Of a DNA stretch of 64,000 nt, positions 1 to 12,492 are shown one piece after another; within the stretch, counting starts at the first letter, position 1; each line of letters begins with the position of its first letter. Location of the stretch: NCBI GenBank assembly GCA_010405405.1, contig MU004238.1:507530-571529 (forward strand), given 5' to 3'. The notes under the pieces were generated by a model. The model did not search any database, was not told the origin of the DNA, and was given only the letters and a program-made list of their open reading frames with translations. The position numbers and the translations under genes were made by a program. The DNA comes from Microthyrium microscopicum (Eukaryota).

Positions 1-2065
1 CTCGCTTCACCTGACTTTCTGACATTTCCTCTGGCATCTTGTCCAGCGTCTGATTGACAGGCACTGGCTTTTGATTGAGTAAAGTTTGTCTCAACTCATT
101 GGCTTTTCGTTGAGTCTCCAATTTCGAGGGTGTTCTCATGAGTGTAGTTGTGGGTGCTAGCTGGTCAGTCTTTTCACCGCCAGGTTGAAAGACTCGGAGC
201 GTCTTATCGCGTAACTTGTCCTCATTGCCTTTGGACAGGTCATGTATTCCAACAAGAAGCGAGTAATCCATGATCTTAAGTTTTTGTAATAAAGCCACAT
301 CCTTCTGCATCTGCTCAATGAACTTGTACTTTTTAACGGGGCCCAACTCCACGTGCATATTTCGCCTGAGCCAATTGAGGTCTTTGAGGGTGGCACGAGG
401 ATTCTTATCCAAGTCTTCTTCCTTAAAGTTTCTTCCGATAGTTGAGCCCTTGAGATCGAAGGTTTGATGAATGTCTCTGTGCGGAGGAAACAAATTGTTC
501 ATGACAACAAAATGTATTTTTCGACCGTATGGAACCTTGACACGGTGGAGTCCGTAGAATTGCGATAGAAGGGTGTTTGGGTTGTCTTTGACGTGAGTAT
601 AATAATTTCGAAGAATTTTGCGAAGCACCTTGTGCTCAGCATGATGAATAGTTTTTATTATGTACTTGTAGTCGCGAGAAAAGTAGAAGAAACTTCCACT
701 TTTCCCAGGCGACCCAAGTTCAGACAGGATGTATTTGCTGGTGAGAGACATGAGGTAGTCGGCAGGGTCGATTCGGAAAATATTTCGTAAATGTCGAAAA
801 ACCCATGGAGCATAGTCTTTGAACTTAAAGTCGTATTTGGCAGATGGCGTTAGTTCATTCCCGGTGCTGTATTCATTAGTAAATCCTCAGTGCGGTTTGA
901 CTCCAACTTACATATCGAAAGAAAACTTGTGCTTAGCATCAAAATCAGCCTCTTGAAGATCTCGATCTAGCTTGGCATTCGTTCTCGACACCGTGAACCG
1001 AATTCCTGTGAGCATATTGTATGCAGTTACATAATTGACGTGATTCTGATCGACTTTGGTACCCATGACCACTCGCTCATCGTCCTCATCCTCCTTTCTT
1101 CTCCTTTTGCTTGCTCTTTTCTGTCTGATCATCTCCGTCCATCGATCCGCATCCTCATCCGGGGGTATTTCGTCAATGTGTAGATCAGAGTTTCCAGTTC
1201 TTGTCACTTTGCGAGCAATAGATAAAGAGCCTCTCCTACGAGTCGGAGTTTGAGGTATGGGGGAAAATCGACCAGATGTGTAACTTTCATCTGCGGTGCG
1301 TGTAGTTTCACGAGAAGCGCGATTAGAGGGTCTCGGAACTTCAAGGGTATGTCGTTGCTGTAGCTTTCCGGGTACTGGAGCGGCAAGATTGGACGCCGAT
1401 GCACCTTGCATGGCTGGTGGAGATGATATGCGATGGGGATTATGCGACTCTTGCATCGACGATCTGGAAACTGTACTAGAGTTGCGTGGCAAGGCTGGCA
1501 TCGTTCGTTCTGAGATTGAAGAAGCTGCATCGAACCTTCTCGATGAGGGCTCTGGTACGTTGGCAGTGGGCGTCAGTCCATCCTCCATCATACTAGCATC
1601 TAGCACAACATGCGTTGTCGAAGCTCCCATGAAGGACGATCTCTCTTCATGAGATATTTCGGTAAAGTATCCATCGTCGCGAGTCGCGAGACGATGAGGT
1701 TTTCTGTCGGTGTTTTCACTCTGGTCACTATCCACGATAGTACTTGGTCTTGAGAGGTTTGCCAAGCTGGTCCTTCTTGAATCTCGCTTTTCTTCCCTTT
1801 CATTTGTTCCATCTTCTTGCGATACACCATGGAAAAGATGCTCTTTTACTGTACCGACTATACCATTCTGCCATATTGACCCGTTGTTCTTGGTATTATG
1901 AGAAGTATCATGTCCGTTCGTTTTAAGATTTGTAGAATCGGTGGAACGTCTCGAGGATCGGTCTTGCGAGTATCGTTTATCTGCAGAGGAGCGTTTACTA
2001 GTACCTTCGGCAGACATGGAGCCATTTCGGGTGGTAGTGACCTCCTCTACCATCGACGGGGACAT
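1..2065 (-). CDS. MSS4: Phosphatidylinositol-4-phosphate 5-kinase (Mss4/Its3); 3' part lies outside the window
   Basis: Exon 1 carries [13 protein letters not shown] and KFSFD. Intron 911-868 (GTAAGT..CTAAT..CAG) joins a frame reading [51 protein letters not shown] and [11 protein letters not shown], open to base 1. First in-frame ATG is 2065; the start is uncertain. Confidence 0.95.
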
Positions 2066-3490
2066 GTCGGTCGAATGAAGAACTCGTACACCATGAACCC
2101 GCAGATTGGAAGAATTCTTGGCCACGCCAGTGTCCGGAGAGACGGAGCGGGGCGTGTTGCCCGGAAAGGCTTCTATTGGAGCAGCCAGCGCTAGATTATG
2201 AAGTGATGTCCGGGGTAAAGGTATTTATCAGGCTTGTGGCAGGTCGATCGACAGGCCGGATCGGAGTTGAGCTTGGGTGATTGTCGAGACGGGGCGAGTA
2301 GACGTTTCTAAGGCGATTGAGCAACAGAATTCATGTCGCTTGACCACGAAAGCCGGTGAGGGGGTTGTCCTGAAGGTGGGAGTGAAAATGACGAGGGAGA
2401 TGGGAGAAGTTGACGTGGTTGGAAATGACGAAGGTGATTGGGTCTCAGACACACGGGCGAGGGCAGAAGACGGGAGGGAAGCAAAGCTGAGACAATTGGC
2501 GAGTATAGAGGGAGGAGTTTAAGGGATAGGAGAGGATTTCAGAGATGTACGTTGAGATAGACAAGATCGGTGGTTGCAATACAAGTTGTAGATGTTTAAG
2601 ATGTTGTATGGAGTAAGAGGTTTAGGACTGGCAAGTGCAGTGCAGGTGTTGGCTTGACTGGGAAGCGACCACTGACGACAGCCGCCCAAAGCGGAAGGCT
2701 CGTTCAAGCCACATCAAGTTGACAGCGCCTGCCATTCCAACCAAGAGGGCTGGGTCGCTCTTTCCTTGTCAACAATAATCAACTCGGACACTGCCTTGAC
2801 TGCCGTCTCAAGACTATTGAAATCGGATGAAGCTTAACTTTCGATCAATTATAAATCTGAATATCAATCTCTACTCCGTAGCCTCCAGCTTTGGCCAAGC
2901 CTACCACAAACCAAGAGTTATCGACAAGCGCGCGTCTCAAAAAGTCGAAAGTTTGGTCGACGTGCCTTAATATCTTCTCGGCAGATCCAATAATAACTCT
3001 CCGGAATTAGTACAAGCTTGCTTTTTCACCATGTATTTCTTTCCGGTGCTTCTTACCATCGACTCCTACACTTCTACTGTGTGTAGGTTCCATTCTCAAG
3101 TTCTGCACCCAGCTTGTACATGAACCTCGATTTTCAAGCATCCAATCGAAGGAGGAGTCTCCCCATAAACTCTTGGCCAGCCCTCTTTCTACAATTGTTG
3201 CTGACAGCTTTGAAAACTCAAATACAATAAACGTGTACCGCTAAGCCAGGTACGCTTAGCTACCCTAGAACATTCAAAGTACCTATCTAAACTTTAGTAC
3301 CCGGATGTCCTCGGATTCCTAAGCAAGGTAAGCTTGCCCGATCATACTGTACAATATGACGATGAATCTAGAATATGACCTCTCGCATCTTTGAAGATTC
3401 AATCCTGACGCTATGGAACTGTACAATATTGCCACCAGTATTGGTGAAATATCTGTGCTAGTTGACTACCCCGAGCACAAGTTTGATAAT

Positions 3491-3744
3491 TTATCTTACG
3501 TTCTCATTACGCCGTTCGAGACACTGTTATAACTCCAGTACTTCTTGCTAACGAAGGACTGCACCCCATGACACATCGAGTGGTTATAAATGGCAATGTG
3601 GCAACAAGTCAGCGATTTCAAGAAGTTGTGCGTGAAGCACTCGGGAAGCTTTTACCCAATGGGCCTCCAATTACCGATGCGAATCCCACATTTGTTGCAG
3701 CCAGAGGAGCTGCGGAGATGGCGAAGAGAGTATTTCAAATATAA
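3491..3744 (+). pseudogene. 3' fragment of a fungal hypothetical-protein gene (..FVAARGAAEMAKR.. family)
   Basis: Open frame ..AVRDTVITP..RVVINGNVATSQRFQEVVREAL..DANPTFVAARGAAEMAKRVFQI* with an upstream stop and no credible start. The motif is recalled from fungal hypothetical proteins, not searched. Confidence 0.45.
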
Positions 3745-4368
3745 TAGTACGAAATCAGATTGACTGCGAAGTACTATACACTGTACCAGTGTTCTTCAAT
3801 TTCTTTGAGGCTAATTGAATTGTGATCATAATAAAGAATTCAAGCAGTAGCGGCTCAATTGGCGAGCAACGCCTAATAAAGGCACTATAGAGTAGTATCC
3901 ATTTATGGTTCATGCATGATGTTTATTGCCAAAAGTCATGTTACGAACAGTTGCTTGTTACATTGTGAAAGTTTGGCTTTGATATACAGCTTATTTCCAC
4001 AAGTAATTAGAGTAAGTAAGAAATAGTATGAGACATGGACAACCAATATTCCAACCTGGTTATACTCTAAATTGATCCCACCATGAAAGTGATCTTTGCA
4101 AGGTCGATTCAATAAGGCTGAAACGAAAAAATAACGCCACAGCACCAGCCTCATTTGATACAACTCCAACCGACTCCTTTTGCAATATCTAGCACCCCAC
4201 CACGACATCAAAACCCCAATCGCCCCATTACCCTCTTCATACACCAAGCGCTGTTTAATCTTGTTCATACACACAGCTCCTGGTTAATTCCATATCGCAA
4301 ACTTGTGGCTATACCCCTGAGCCTAAAGCCATACCACACCGCCATCTGTCTCTATCACCAACATCAGC

Positions 4369-5133
4369 ATGGCCAGCCCAGCAAGCACACCGTCCGTCCC
4401 ATCCCAAGCCCTCCGTATTGCGCCCTCAGGCCTCCGCTATCCCACCAACAAAAAGACAATCTATGACCGTAACCTGAATCGCACCCGGAATGCCGAGCTC
4501 TCGCGCGCGGCCTTTGCGTTCCTCTTCATTGAGATGATCAATTATGCTCAACGGCAGGTCAAGGGTATCACGGATTTGGAGAAACGGTACTTATAGCTAT
4601 ACTTGGACTATAACCTGTGGCATTCGCTAACGCTCGCTTCTAGATTAAACAACCAAGGCTACCCCCTAGGTCTCAAACTCCTAGATCTCCTCCTCTCCCG
4701 CTCCTCAACCCCGGGCCAACCACCCACCACGCGTCCCACACGCCTCCTATCCCTTTTGCAGTTCATAACAACCACTCTCTGGAAAGCGCTCTTTGGGCGA
4801 CCTGCAGATGCACTCGAACGTTCGGCGGCGAGTCCGGCGGAATACATGATATCCGATAATGAGCCGCTAGTGAATACCTTTGTGAGCGTGCCGCGAGAGA
4901 TGAGCCAATTGAATTGTGCAGCGTACGTGGCAGGCGTGGTAGAGGGAGTTTGTGATGGCGCGGGCTTTAGGACTGTGAGTGTGTCGGCGCATTGGACTGG
5001 TAATGAGGACGGTGGGAGTGGAGCAGCTGGTGGTGGGAGGGAGAAGGTTATGTGGCCCGGGAAGACGGTGTTTCTGATAAGATTTGCGAAAGAGGTTTTG
5101 GAGAGAGAGGAGATGCTTGGCAAGGCTTTGTGA
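4369..5133 (+). CDS. TRS31: TRAPP complex subunit Trs31 (TRAPPC5)
   Basis: Exons 4369-4586 and 4644-5133 (GTAC..GCTAAC..TAG intron). Motifs KTIYDRNLNR, FAFLFIEMI, LNCAAYVAGVVEGVCDG and WPGKTVFLIRF. Confidence 0.95.
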
Positions 5134-5329
5134 GTGCGCTGGGAATGAGTTCGCTTTATATCAAGAATGGATATCTTACAGAGGCTATATATAGCCATGA
5201 AGACTAGCACAACGAAAAAAACATAATCATCCACTTCATCTCATTTCTCTATCATATGCATCCATATCCGATGCAGTAAAAAATTGGGGTATCTCAAATG
5301 AAAAACAATTCCCTCCGCGCCAGCAGGCC

Positions 5330-7818
5330 CTACCGTCCACCATAACCACCGCTAAATCCTCCATAACCTCCACCACCACCCATCCCCATCATCCCCAATC
5401 TAGTCCGTCTCTTCATCGGCCTCCCCGTGCCATCTCCTCCACCATTTCCTCCATTGACCCCATACGCACCATTTCCATTCACACGCTCAAAAGCATGTCG
5501 TCGACACATCTGCCGCCCATCAACCTCCCAATACTCCTGTCCCAGCACCTCATCACACCTTACACAGCTGAAGCACTCTGTATGCCATTTTGACCGGCCA
5601 TCCGTGTCCACGTACTGTCCCTCAATGCCATCACTGCACCTCACACAACAACTTCCATTGCGTAAATGATAGTCTCGTTTGCACAGTGGTGTGTCGTTGA
5701 GGACGTAAAATTCTCCAGACGGGAATGGGGCTGAACAGTCAACGCATGTGAAACATGCTCGATGATACCGACCGCTTAGTCGACCTGAGCGGTCACGTAG
5801 ACTGGGTCCGGTAATAGGTTGCAGACAGCCGCGGCAGGGCGGGCGAGGTGTTGTGTTTGGTTGGGATGGTTTTGGGAAAGAGTCTGCGCGGCGGAGATTG
5901 TTGGAGAGGAGTGGTGGTGGGGGAGCAAATGTTGTTGTGTATACATCCTTTGGGAGATTGCTGGATGGGGAGTAGTTGTTATTGGCGTATGTGTTGGTTG
6001 GTGGGTTGCTGGTATAGGGGGGATTGTTGATGTTGGTGTTGTTATAGGGGTTATATGACACCTGTGGATATGGCTGTGGATTCTCTGGACTCGCAGTGGG
6101 TGCTTGTTGTGCTTGCTGCTGTGCTTGTATGAGACGTTTGGAGTTACGCATGTCTTGCGAGGGATTTGAGCGGGCGCGACGGTGGGAGGGCTCCGGCTCG
6201 TCTATTCCCATTTGGACTGCTGGGTCGACGGTTAGAAAGCCGCCGGCCCGGGGAATGTTGGAATCTTGGGCTGGCGGCATGTTGTTGGGCATACCGAAGG
6301 GCTTCGCTGGTGAGTAGTCCGTCGTTGTCGCTGGTGGATAGGTATTGCCTTGAGGATTTCGCACAGGCGAGTACGAGTTTACTGCCATCTCGACGTTCCT
6401 CACGGGTGGATAGGTATTGTTTCGCGGCGTATATCCGTTCATTGGCGGAAGAGCTTTTGGTGGCGGAGACTCTGTTATTGAAGATTGCTGAATTTGAGGA
6501 GGTGGTTGATCTCGTTGATATGTATTATCCATTGACCGATAGTCGTTCTTTGGGGGCAGTGGCCGGGTTGCCTCCCTTGGTTGCAAACGCGATGGTGAAT
6601 CCCTTGCCATCGTTCGTGGCGGAGACTCCCTTGGTGTCATTCGTGGCGGAGATTCATATATTAGTTCAGAAGTATAATTACGTTGAGAGTAAGGCGCGCT
6701 GTCCGTCGCGGGTGTTCTAGGAGGTGTCACAGGCCTTCGCTGGGCTGGACTTTGAAATGGCTCTCCGTTTCGATTCGGTATATTTGGATTCGGTAAAGGT
6801 TTTCGACTTGTGTTACTCGCATCAGGAAGAGGTTTAGACACATTTGATGGCGGCGTGACATTTCCCATCTGTCTCGGGGAAGGTTGTGCCTGATCCATCT
6901 CCTCCAGAAACCTATCCATAGAATTCTTCTGTGGCTCTTGCCGTTGTGGCCGTTGGGGCTCTTGTGCTGCTCTATACACCTCCCGCATTGGACTAGGTGA
7001 TCTCGTTTGTTTTCGAAGTTGATCACGACCTGCCGCATTTCTGAATTTAGGCGCTTCAGCTGGTTTAGGCTGAGTTTGGTTTGGTCTAAGGCGCATAGGA
7101 CTATTGGGGAGAGCTTTGGATTCAAAACCACCATATCCGAATGGCCCTGATGCGCCCATGTTCATTCTTTGCATGAAGCCACCGCCCTGAGTATTCTTGA
7201 GTGGTTCTCTATCTGCTATTATTGTAGTTGGTTCTTGAGTTCCATACATTGGTGATGGTGGTGTTGGGACTCTCATTTGCTTTGGTGGGCCACCTCTTGA
7301 CCATTCCGAGCCTGGCGATGTGATTTGAGTTGATGGTGTCCTAGGCGATATACTCGACGCATCCCTAGAGTAATCTGAGTAGTCGCTACCAGTCAGCTGT
7401 GGAATTGGATCGAGCTTGTCATCTACAAATACTAATTAGAACACATTCTTGAACTTGTCTTGCGCAAGATGAACCTACTTGCGACGCTAGGGTCGATTTT
7501 CGGTGGTGGTGGAGGTTTTCCCCAGCGTAAGAAACCAGGAGCTGGTAGTAAGGGAAGCTTTTTCAAAGGAGATGTTGAGCTCCCTTGCTGGACAGCTGGA
7601 TCAGAGGGTGTCGATTGTTTTTTCGAGTCTTTGGATGGAACTGGCGGCCCTTGTAGAGTTTAGCGAAATGATGTATGAAATCAACTGCGCGCAAACTTAC
7701 TCGGTATCGCCTCGCAGACATGACTGGTTAATTCCATGATATCAATGGCATTTCCACATCCTGCGCATTTTATAGAGTTCATGACGCTCAGCAGCTTATT
7801 CCCGCCTCTTGAACCCAT
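5330..7818 (-). CDS. Pro-rich protein with two C-terminal LIM domains (paxillin/Pxl1-like)
   Basis: Exons 7818-7701, 7649-7479 and 7422-5330 splice in frame. N-terminal IKCAGC..HVC zinc motif. C-terminal CRGC..H..CFTCVDC..C..Y and CVRC..H..CFSCVRC..CRRH LIM pair. Confidence 0.88.
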
Positions 7819-8259
7819 GATGGGCAATATTTCTATGCGACCTCTAGCTGTATCACCAAGACACTTCCTCCACTCTAAATCCTATTCATGGCAAAGCCAG
7901 TTCGAGTTGTTGACAAAATGTGTAGCAAGGTCGTCCCGTGGGTAGATTTGGTGTAATTTAGATGTATAGCCAAAGGCCTAGCAGAAAATCGGGTTCGGTG
8001 TAATCCGGTACCTTGTGATGCTGTCAATTCAGGATAAATGGCTTGGTAGGCATTTGGTAGGATATCAGTGGTCAATGGTTAAATGCGGAGCAAGGCTGGC
8101 GCGTAGTGAGGAAGTATTGGTTAGAGACGAGACAGGTTACTTAGAACAGTGAACCGTGACCACATGTAAAAGAGGGCGCAGATGATGTCTGTCGCAGAAT
8201 GACAAAGAGAGGGAAATGTATCGTCAGATTTGTAAAAGTGATAATACTGTAACCCTTCA

Positions 8260-9350
8260 AGGGAAAAAGAAGAGCCCTCGGTTGACGATGTAGGAGAGAC
8301 TAAGGGAGAACGAGCTTTTCGCCTTGACCAACTCTCTCCCTAGCGACGACAGCAAGATGGCATGAAGCTTCGACCTGAGAGATGACAGTGCCTCTGCAGA
8401 AAGGATCAAGAATATGGAGGCTGCCTTGGCAAAGTGAACAGAGCGTGAGAGGCTCACCAAGAAGGTGTGGAACCCGTACGGTAAAAGGCATGTTGGCTGT
8501 GCTATCATTCGTGGGTTTGTCCATCAAGTGTGGTGTCAGAAGAGTCTGGCGTGCCTGGATGCCAAAGCTTCAACTCTTTTCTGCAGCGGGAGCGGCTCGT
8601 GGACTTCAATGCGCCGCCATTCAGGAACAATGCATAACAAAATAGCCAATACGAAGGATGGACTGACGCCACTTGAACGCCTATCCAGCATTTTGCTACG
8701 CTACGACCACCAAGGGTTGAGCGTTACTGATTTCTTGCTCCTGTCTGAGACACTGTTCGTTGGGGATTCCCCCGTGCATCTCATGCTTGCGAACCTAATT
8801 GACAAAAAGAATGACGACTCTGGTGCTGAGGAAAGAAACAATTCTTTCGCATTAAGGACATGTACCGAAATGTTCTGCAGCTGAAGGGGGTTTTGTCGGT
8901 CTTTATCAGAGTCACATTTCACAATCAGAATCTTCAGATCTTCCGACATCTTCCACTTCGTCAGTCAGCCCACAGCTGCACAGACTCAAAGGCGTGCCGA
9001 TGTGGCATCAAAGGCTTGCCGAGCTTCAGAACGGGCTGGATGATTTATTTGTTTTTCCGTGTCTGAGACTCTGAAATCCCGAATCTGGGGAAGGGCGTTG
9101 AAGAGTTGATTTCTTGGATCCGTCTCATTGGATCCCTCAGACGCGGCGTGCGCATGTCCGCGAGCAAAGCTGCAAGCGAACTCGTTTTTCCCTGTCCACT
9201 GTCCAGGATGAAGATCATCATCAGGATCATCAATTCTCCAACCAACAGGATCTCGTTAAGGCCAAGTACTTGTACATCTATCCAAGATCGTCGTTACATT
9301 CGGATATGACCGTATCTTTGAGAGGTCTGAAGCTTTGTGAATGTCAATAA
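8260..9350 (+). pseudogene. Possible decayed gene of unknown family
   Basis: One frame reads as protein-like text (..ERLRENELFALTN..LTPLERLSSILLRYD..) broken by isolated TAG/TGA stops. No family recognised. Confidence 0.25.
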
Positions 9351-9990
9351 GACTATGTACCTTTCTCGCAACTGAAGGCACCATAGCATTTTATCCACTT
9401 TTTTGATCTCGCCGAATTCAGATCTTAGTACGACTACGAAAAATCGTAGTATTTCAACAATGGCTGGTTCTATTGGTTGGATAGAGCGACAAGTTAGAAG
9501 CAGAGTGATGCGATGAAACTTGTTCACCTTCAACTCAAAAGATAGGGCTGTTGAGCAACGACAATAGTCGCTTCACAAATTGAAGCTAGAACGAGATACT
9601 GCTTTTGCTTCTCGCACTACAACCCTGGAACTAGTTGTATAACGCAAAGATTGACGCTATAGCCTATATTTGTGCAGTCGCTGGAAAGAGATACATCCAA
9701 AGAATTCCTAGCCTCTGTTGATATGATCTGTATCACTTTCCGGGATCCTAACAAAACGTTTAGCTGTGTTGCTTTGGTTCAATAACGGAGTAGGCGTTTG
9801 AGAAGAGTCCGTCGAATACTGTGCGCAGATATGGATGTCAAAGTCGAATTGAACATACTAGTACAAAGTGTAGAATATTAACCTCATCAGTCAATTGATA
9901 AGAAGTCTAGATTTTAAACATGAACCAACCTCTTCCTCATCCTATGCCAGACTAGTCCTATTGCAGGTTTAATGGATTTCCAGCCCAGAT

Positions 9991-10017
9991 TCGCGACGCG
10001 ACTCGCGACCATCGCGT
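9991..10017 (+). promoter_or_regulatory. Cluster of four CGCG (MCB/SCB-like) cores
   Basis: TCGCGACGCGACTCGCGACCATCGCGT about 150-180 bp upstream of the ATG at 10170, followed by a CT-rich tract. Confidence 0.35.
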
Positions 10018-10169
10018 CTCAGCTCTGCTTGCTCCGCAGCTGAGGTCCTGAGGACCTCGACATCCAACCTCTTCCATCAATTGACCTCTCTTCCTCTCTT
10101 CTCCTACATCACAATTCATCACAATCAAATCAATCATACATAGAGATTTCATTACATCAAACTATCATC

Positions 10170-10538
10170 ATGGATCAGTACAACTTTTCATCTTACCAAC
10201 CACAAGCCTCCAGCCACTCAAAACGAAAGCGCGACTCCATTGGCTTCGCACCCATCGATGCGAAAAGAACGAAAACACCCCAAGATTTTATGATGATTGA
10301 CTCCGACTACTTCTCAATCACACCAGCCCATACAAACTCCACGCCAACGTACTCTGCACAAGGATCGTCGGGGTCATCATCACCAATGGACCAATCACCG
10401 ATGGATCAATCACCAATGGAACAAACAATGCAACAGCATACACAATCGACACCATGGGCTCAACCAACACAAAAGGTTCAACCACTGGCCGGCAATTTTA
10501 AGAGCTATTGTGGGATTACTGTCTGGCAGGCGGCATAA
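10170..10538 (+). CDS. Small hypothetical protein (122 aa), basic NLS-like motif, S/T-P rich
   Basis: Good start context (CATCATG) after a CT/CA-rich leader. KRKR..KRTK motif. 3 x 15-bp repeat at 10380-10424 encoding SPMDQ SPMDQ SPMEQ. Confidence 0.65.
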   Translation: MDQYNFSSYQPQASSHSKRKRDSIGFAPIDAKRTKTPQDFMMIDSDYFSITPAHTNSTPTYSAQGSSGSSSPMDQSPMDQSPMEQTMQQHTQSTPWAQPTQKVQPLAGNFKSYCGITVWQAA

Positions 10539-11233
10539 ATTACGGTATATATGGGTGTTATTGAATGGTGCATTTTGGGGAATATGGGTTAAAAGTCATA
10601 CATAGACGCGAGAAGGTTTCATGGATGGTAGCATATGGGCAATTGTACAAATATAATGGAATGGTTCGAATATCATGGTTTCTATTCTATCATTCTAACC
10701 CTCCAATACACAACCATGTGCACATGATGGTGATGATGGCGAGTACGGCAGCAAGACACCCCTGGCACGAGGAGTTATACACTGGTCTCGTATGGTCGAC
10801 GGGTTCTGACGTAGACGGGCCTATGGTTAAGACAATCTTTTCTGATGCGGTGGCGAGCCGTGACCCAAAAACAAAGTCAAGCAAGGTAAGTCTGCTCTTC
10901 ATATCATGGTACGTGCCATTGTAGAGCAGTCTGAATTCACTCTGAGTAGGCAAGCAAGAGAAGCAGCAATTGATGGCGATGGTGTTGTCCTATATTTTGA
11001 TGCAGCGATTTCACTCGGGAGTTGGAGACGTTCGTAGCACTATGAATCAGGCAGTGTAAAGTCGCATGAAATTAAACTAAATGAGTTGTTATCAATCCAT
11101 GCGGTACGACTCAAGAATGAAAAGACAAAACGGTGGTTATCGAAGGATGCTCATCAAGGCCCATGATTGCGTATCTGTTTCTTTCTCCTCCAAAGCTCTC
11201 AAGTCACAACCTCCATCATCGTTCGATCCTTGT

Positions 11234-11842
11234 TTAGGGCTCTCCCAAGAGATATTCAGTGAGGCTAGGTATAGTCAGCGGAAAGCTCAAGAAACTATCA
11301 GATGCCATTCCACATACATTGGTGCCATTTCGAATCTCCTCATTATACCCCCAATGACGGAAGTTTTCATCAAAAAACGCACGAAGTTCAGGTGCAGGTG
11401 AAAGAGCTGATACCATAGCCTGACGCAGCCGTATAAGCTGCAAAAGCTGAGCATTGCTATACGGCCACATGACCTCCTCGTCCCGAATGTATACCTGCAT
11501 GGCTCTCATGGCATCATAAAAGTCATCGTAGGGTTTGTGATCGTTTTTTTTGGAATAAGCGTTCTAAAGAGCACCAGCATCAGCGTCATATCGGAACGCT
11601 ACCAGGCTACTTGAAACAAGAAGCACTGAGATCAAAAAACTTACACCAACTCTGCCAAGGAATTGAGCAAACCTCCTTGCAAATCGATGTCGTTGGAGCC
11701 TTTGTTCTCTTGTCTGCTCAAGCAGTCGCCCCTTGGGTGTGAGGAGTTGGGCTAGTGTAAGCGGTGTGATCGCGCCCAGGCCCTCAGGCCGGGCCAGTTC
11801 GCTAGCCTGGCGAGGAGTCATATTTGCGGGAATTTGGCTCAT
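11234..11842 (-). CDS. Hypothetical protein, two exons, 175 aa
   Basis: Exons 11842-11645 and 11563-11234 are joined in frame by a GTAAGT..GCTGAT..TAG intron, which removes the stop separating the two listed ORFs. Confidence 0.7.
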
Positions 11843-12492
11843 TTTCGATAGTTGATGCGGCGACTTTGAGTCTCATTGATAGTTGGTAGAGATATAAGTT
11901 ATCGGATGAGTGAGTTGGTGATGATGAAAAGACTCTGAGAGTCTGTCATTGAGATGTAAACACTTTCGCCAAAACTGTAGCTGCCTCTATTGCCAGAGGG
12001 AAGGCAAGCTCGTACATCACTTCAATCTGCCACTGGCAGCGAGCACCACTCTCGAAGTAGGAGCGAGCAATGTCGGCGCAAGTAAAGAGTTTCATCGTGG
12101 GTGATTGGTAGTCTAGTTAATTTCGCTCCCTAATTTGGGCCATGGCATCAGCGAGTCGATAAGTGTAGTTGCTTTCATGGAATTGGATTACCGCTGAAGA
12201 TTCCATAACAATGGAGGCCTCGGTTTCTTTCGCGTGCTTTCATCTCTTGCAATGCTCGGGGAAGCAGCAAGACATAACAAGCCAGGCTCATTCGTGAGAT
12301 ACTTGTCAAAGATAAACGCTCGTCAAAGGAAGCGAACACATCAACAATTTGAGGAAATCGTGCTCTGACATGGATATGTGGTTCTGCACGATGCCATGGT
12401 GGTTCTTGCTGAGATCCTGACCATTCCGGTGTGGACTAGGTAGCTGCAGTCGTCACTGCCTCCGAATTCATCGAGAGAAAGACGAATGAAGC

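Noticed and set aside
4659..5234. 191-aa minus-strand ORF, and similar long antisense ORFs at 16205-16825, 23285-24007 and 60797-61507
   Set aside because: They are shadows of conserved genes on the opposite strand and show no motifs of their own.
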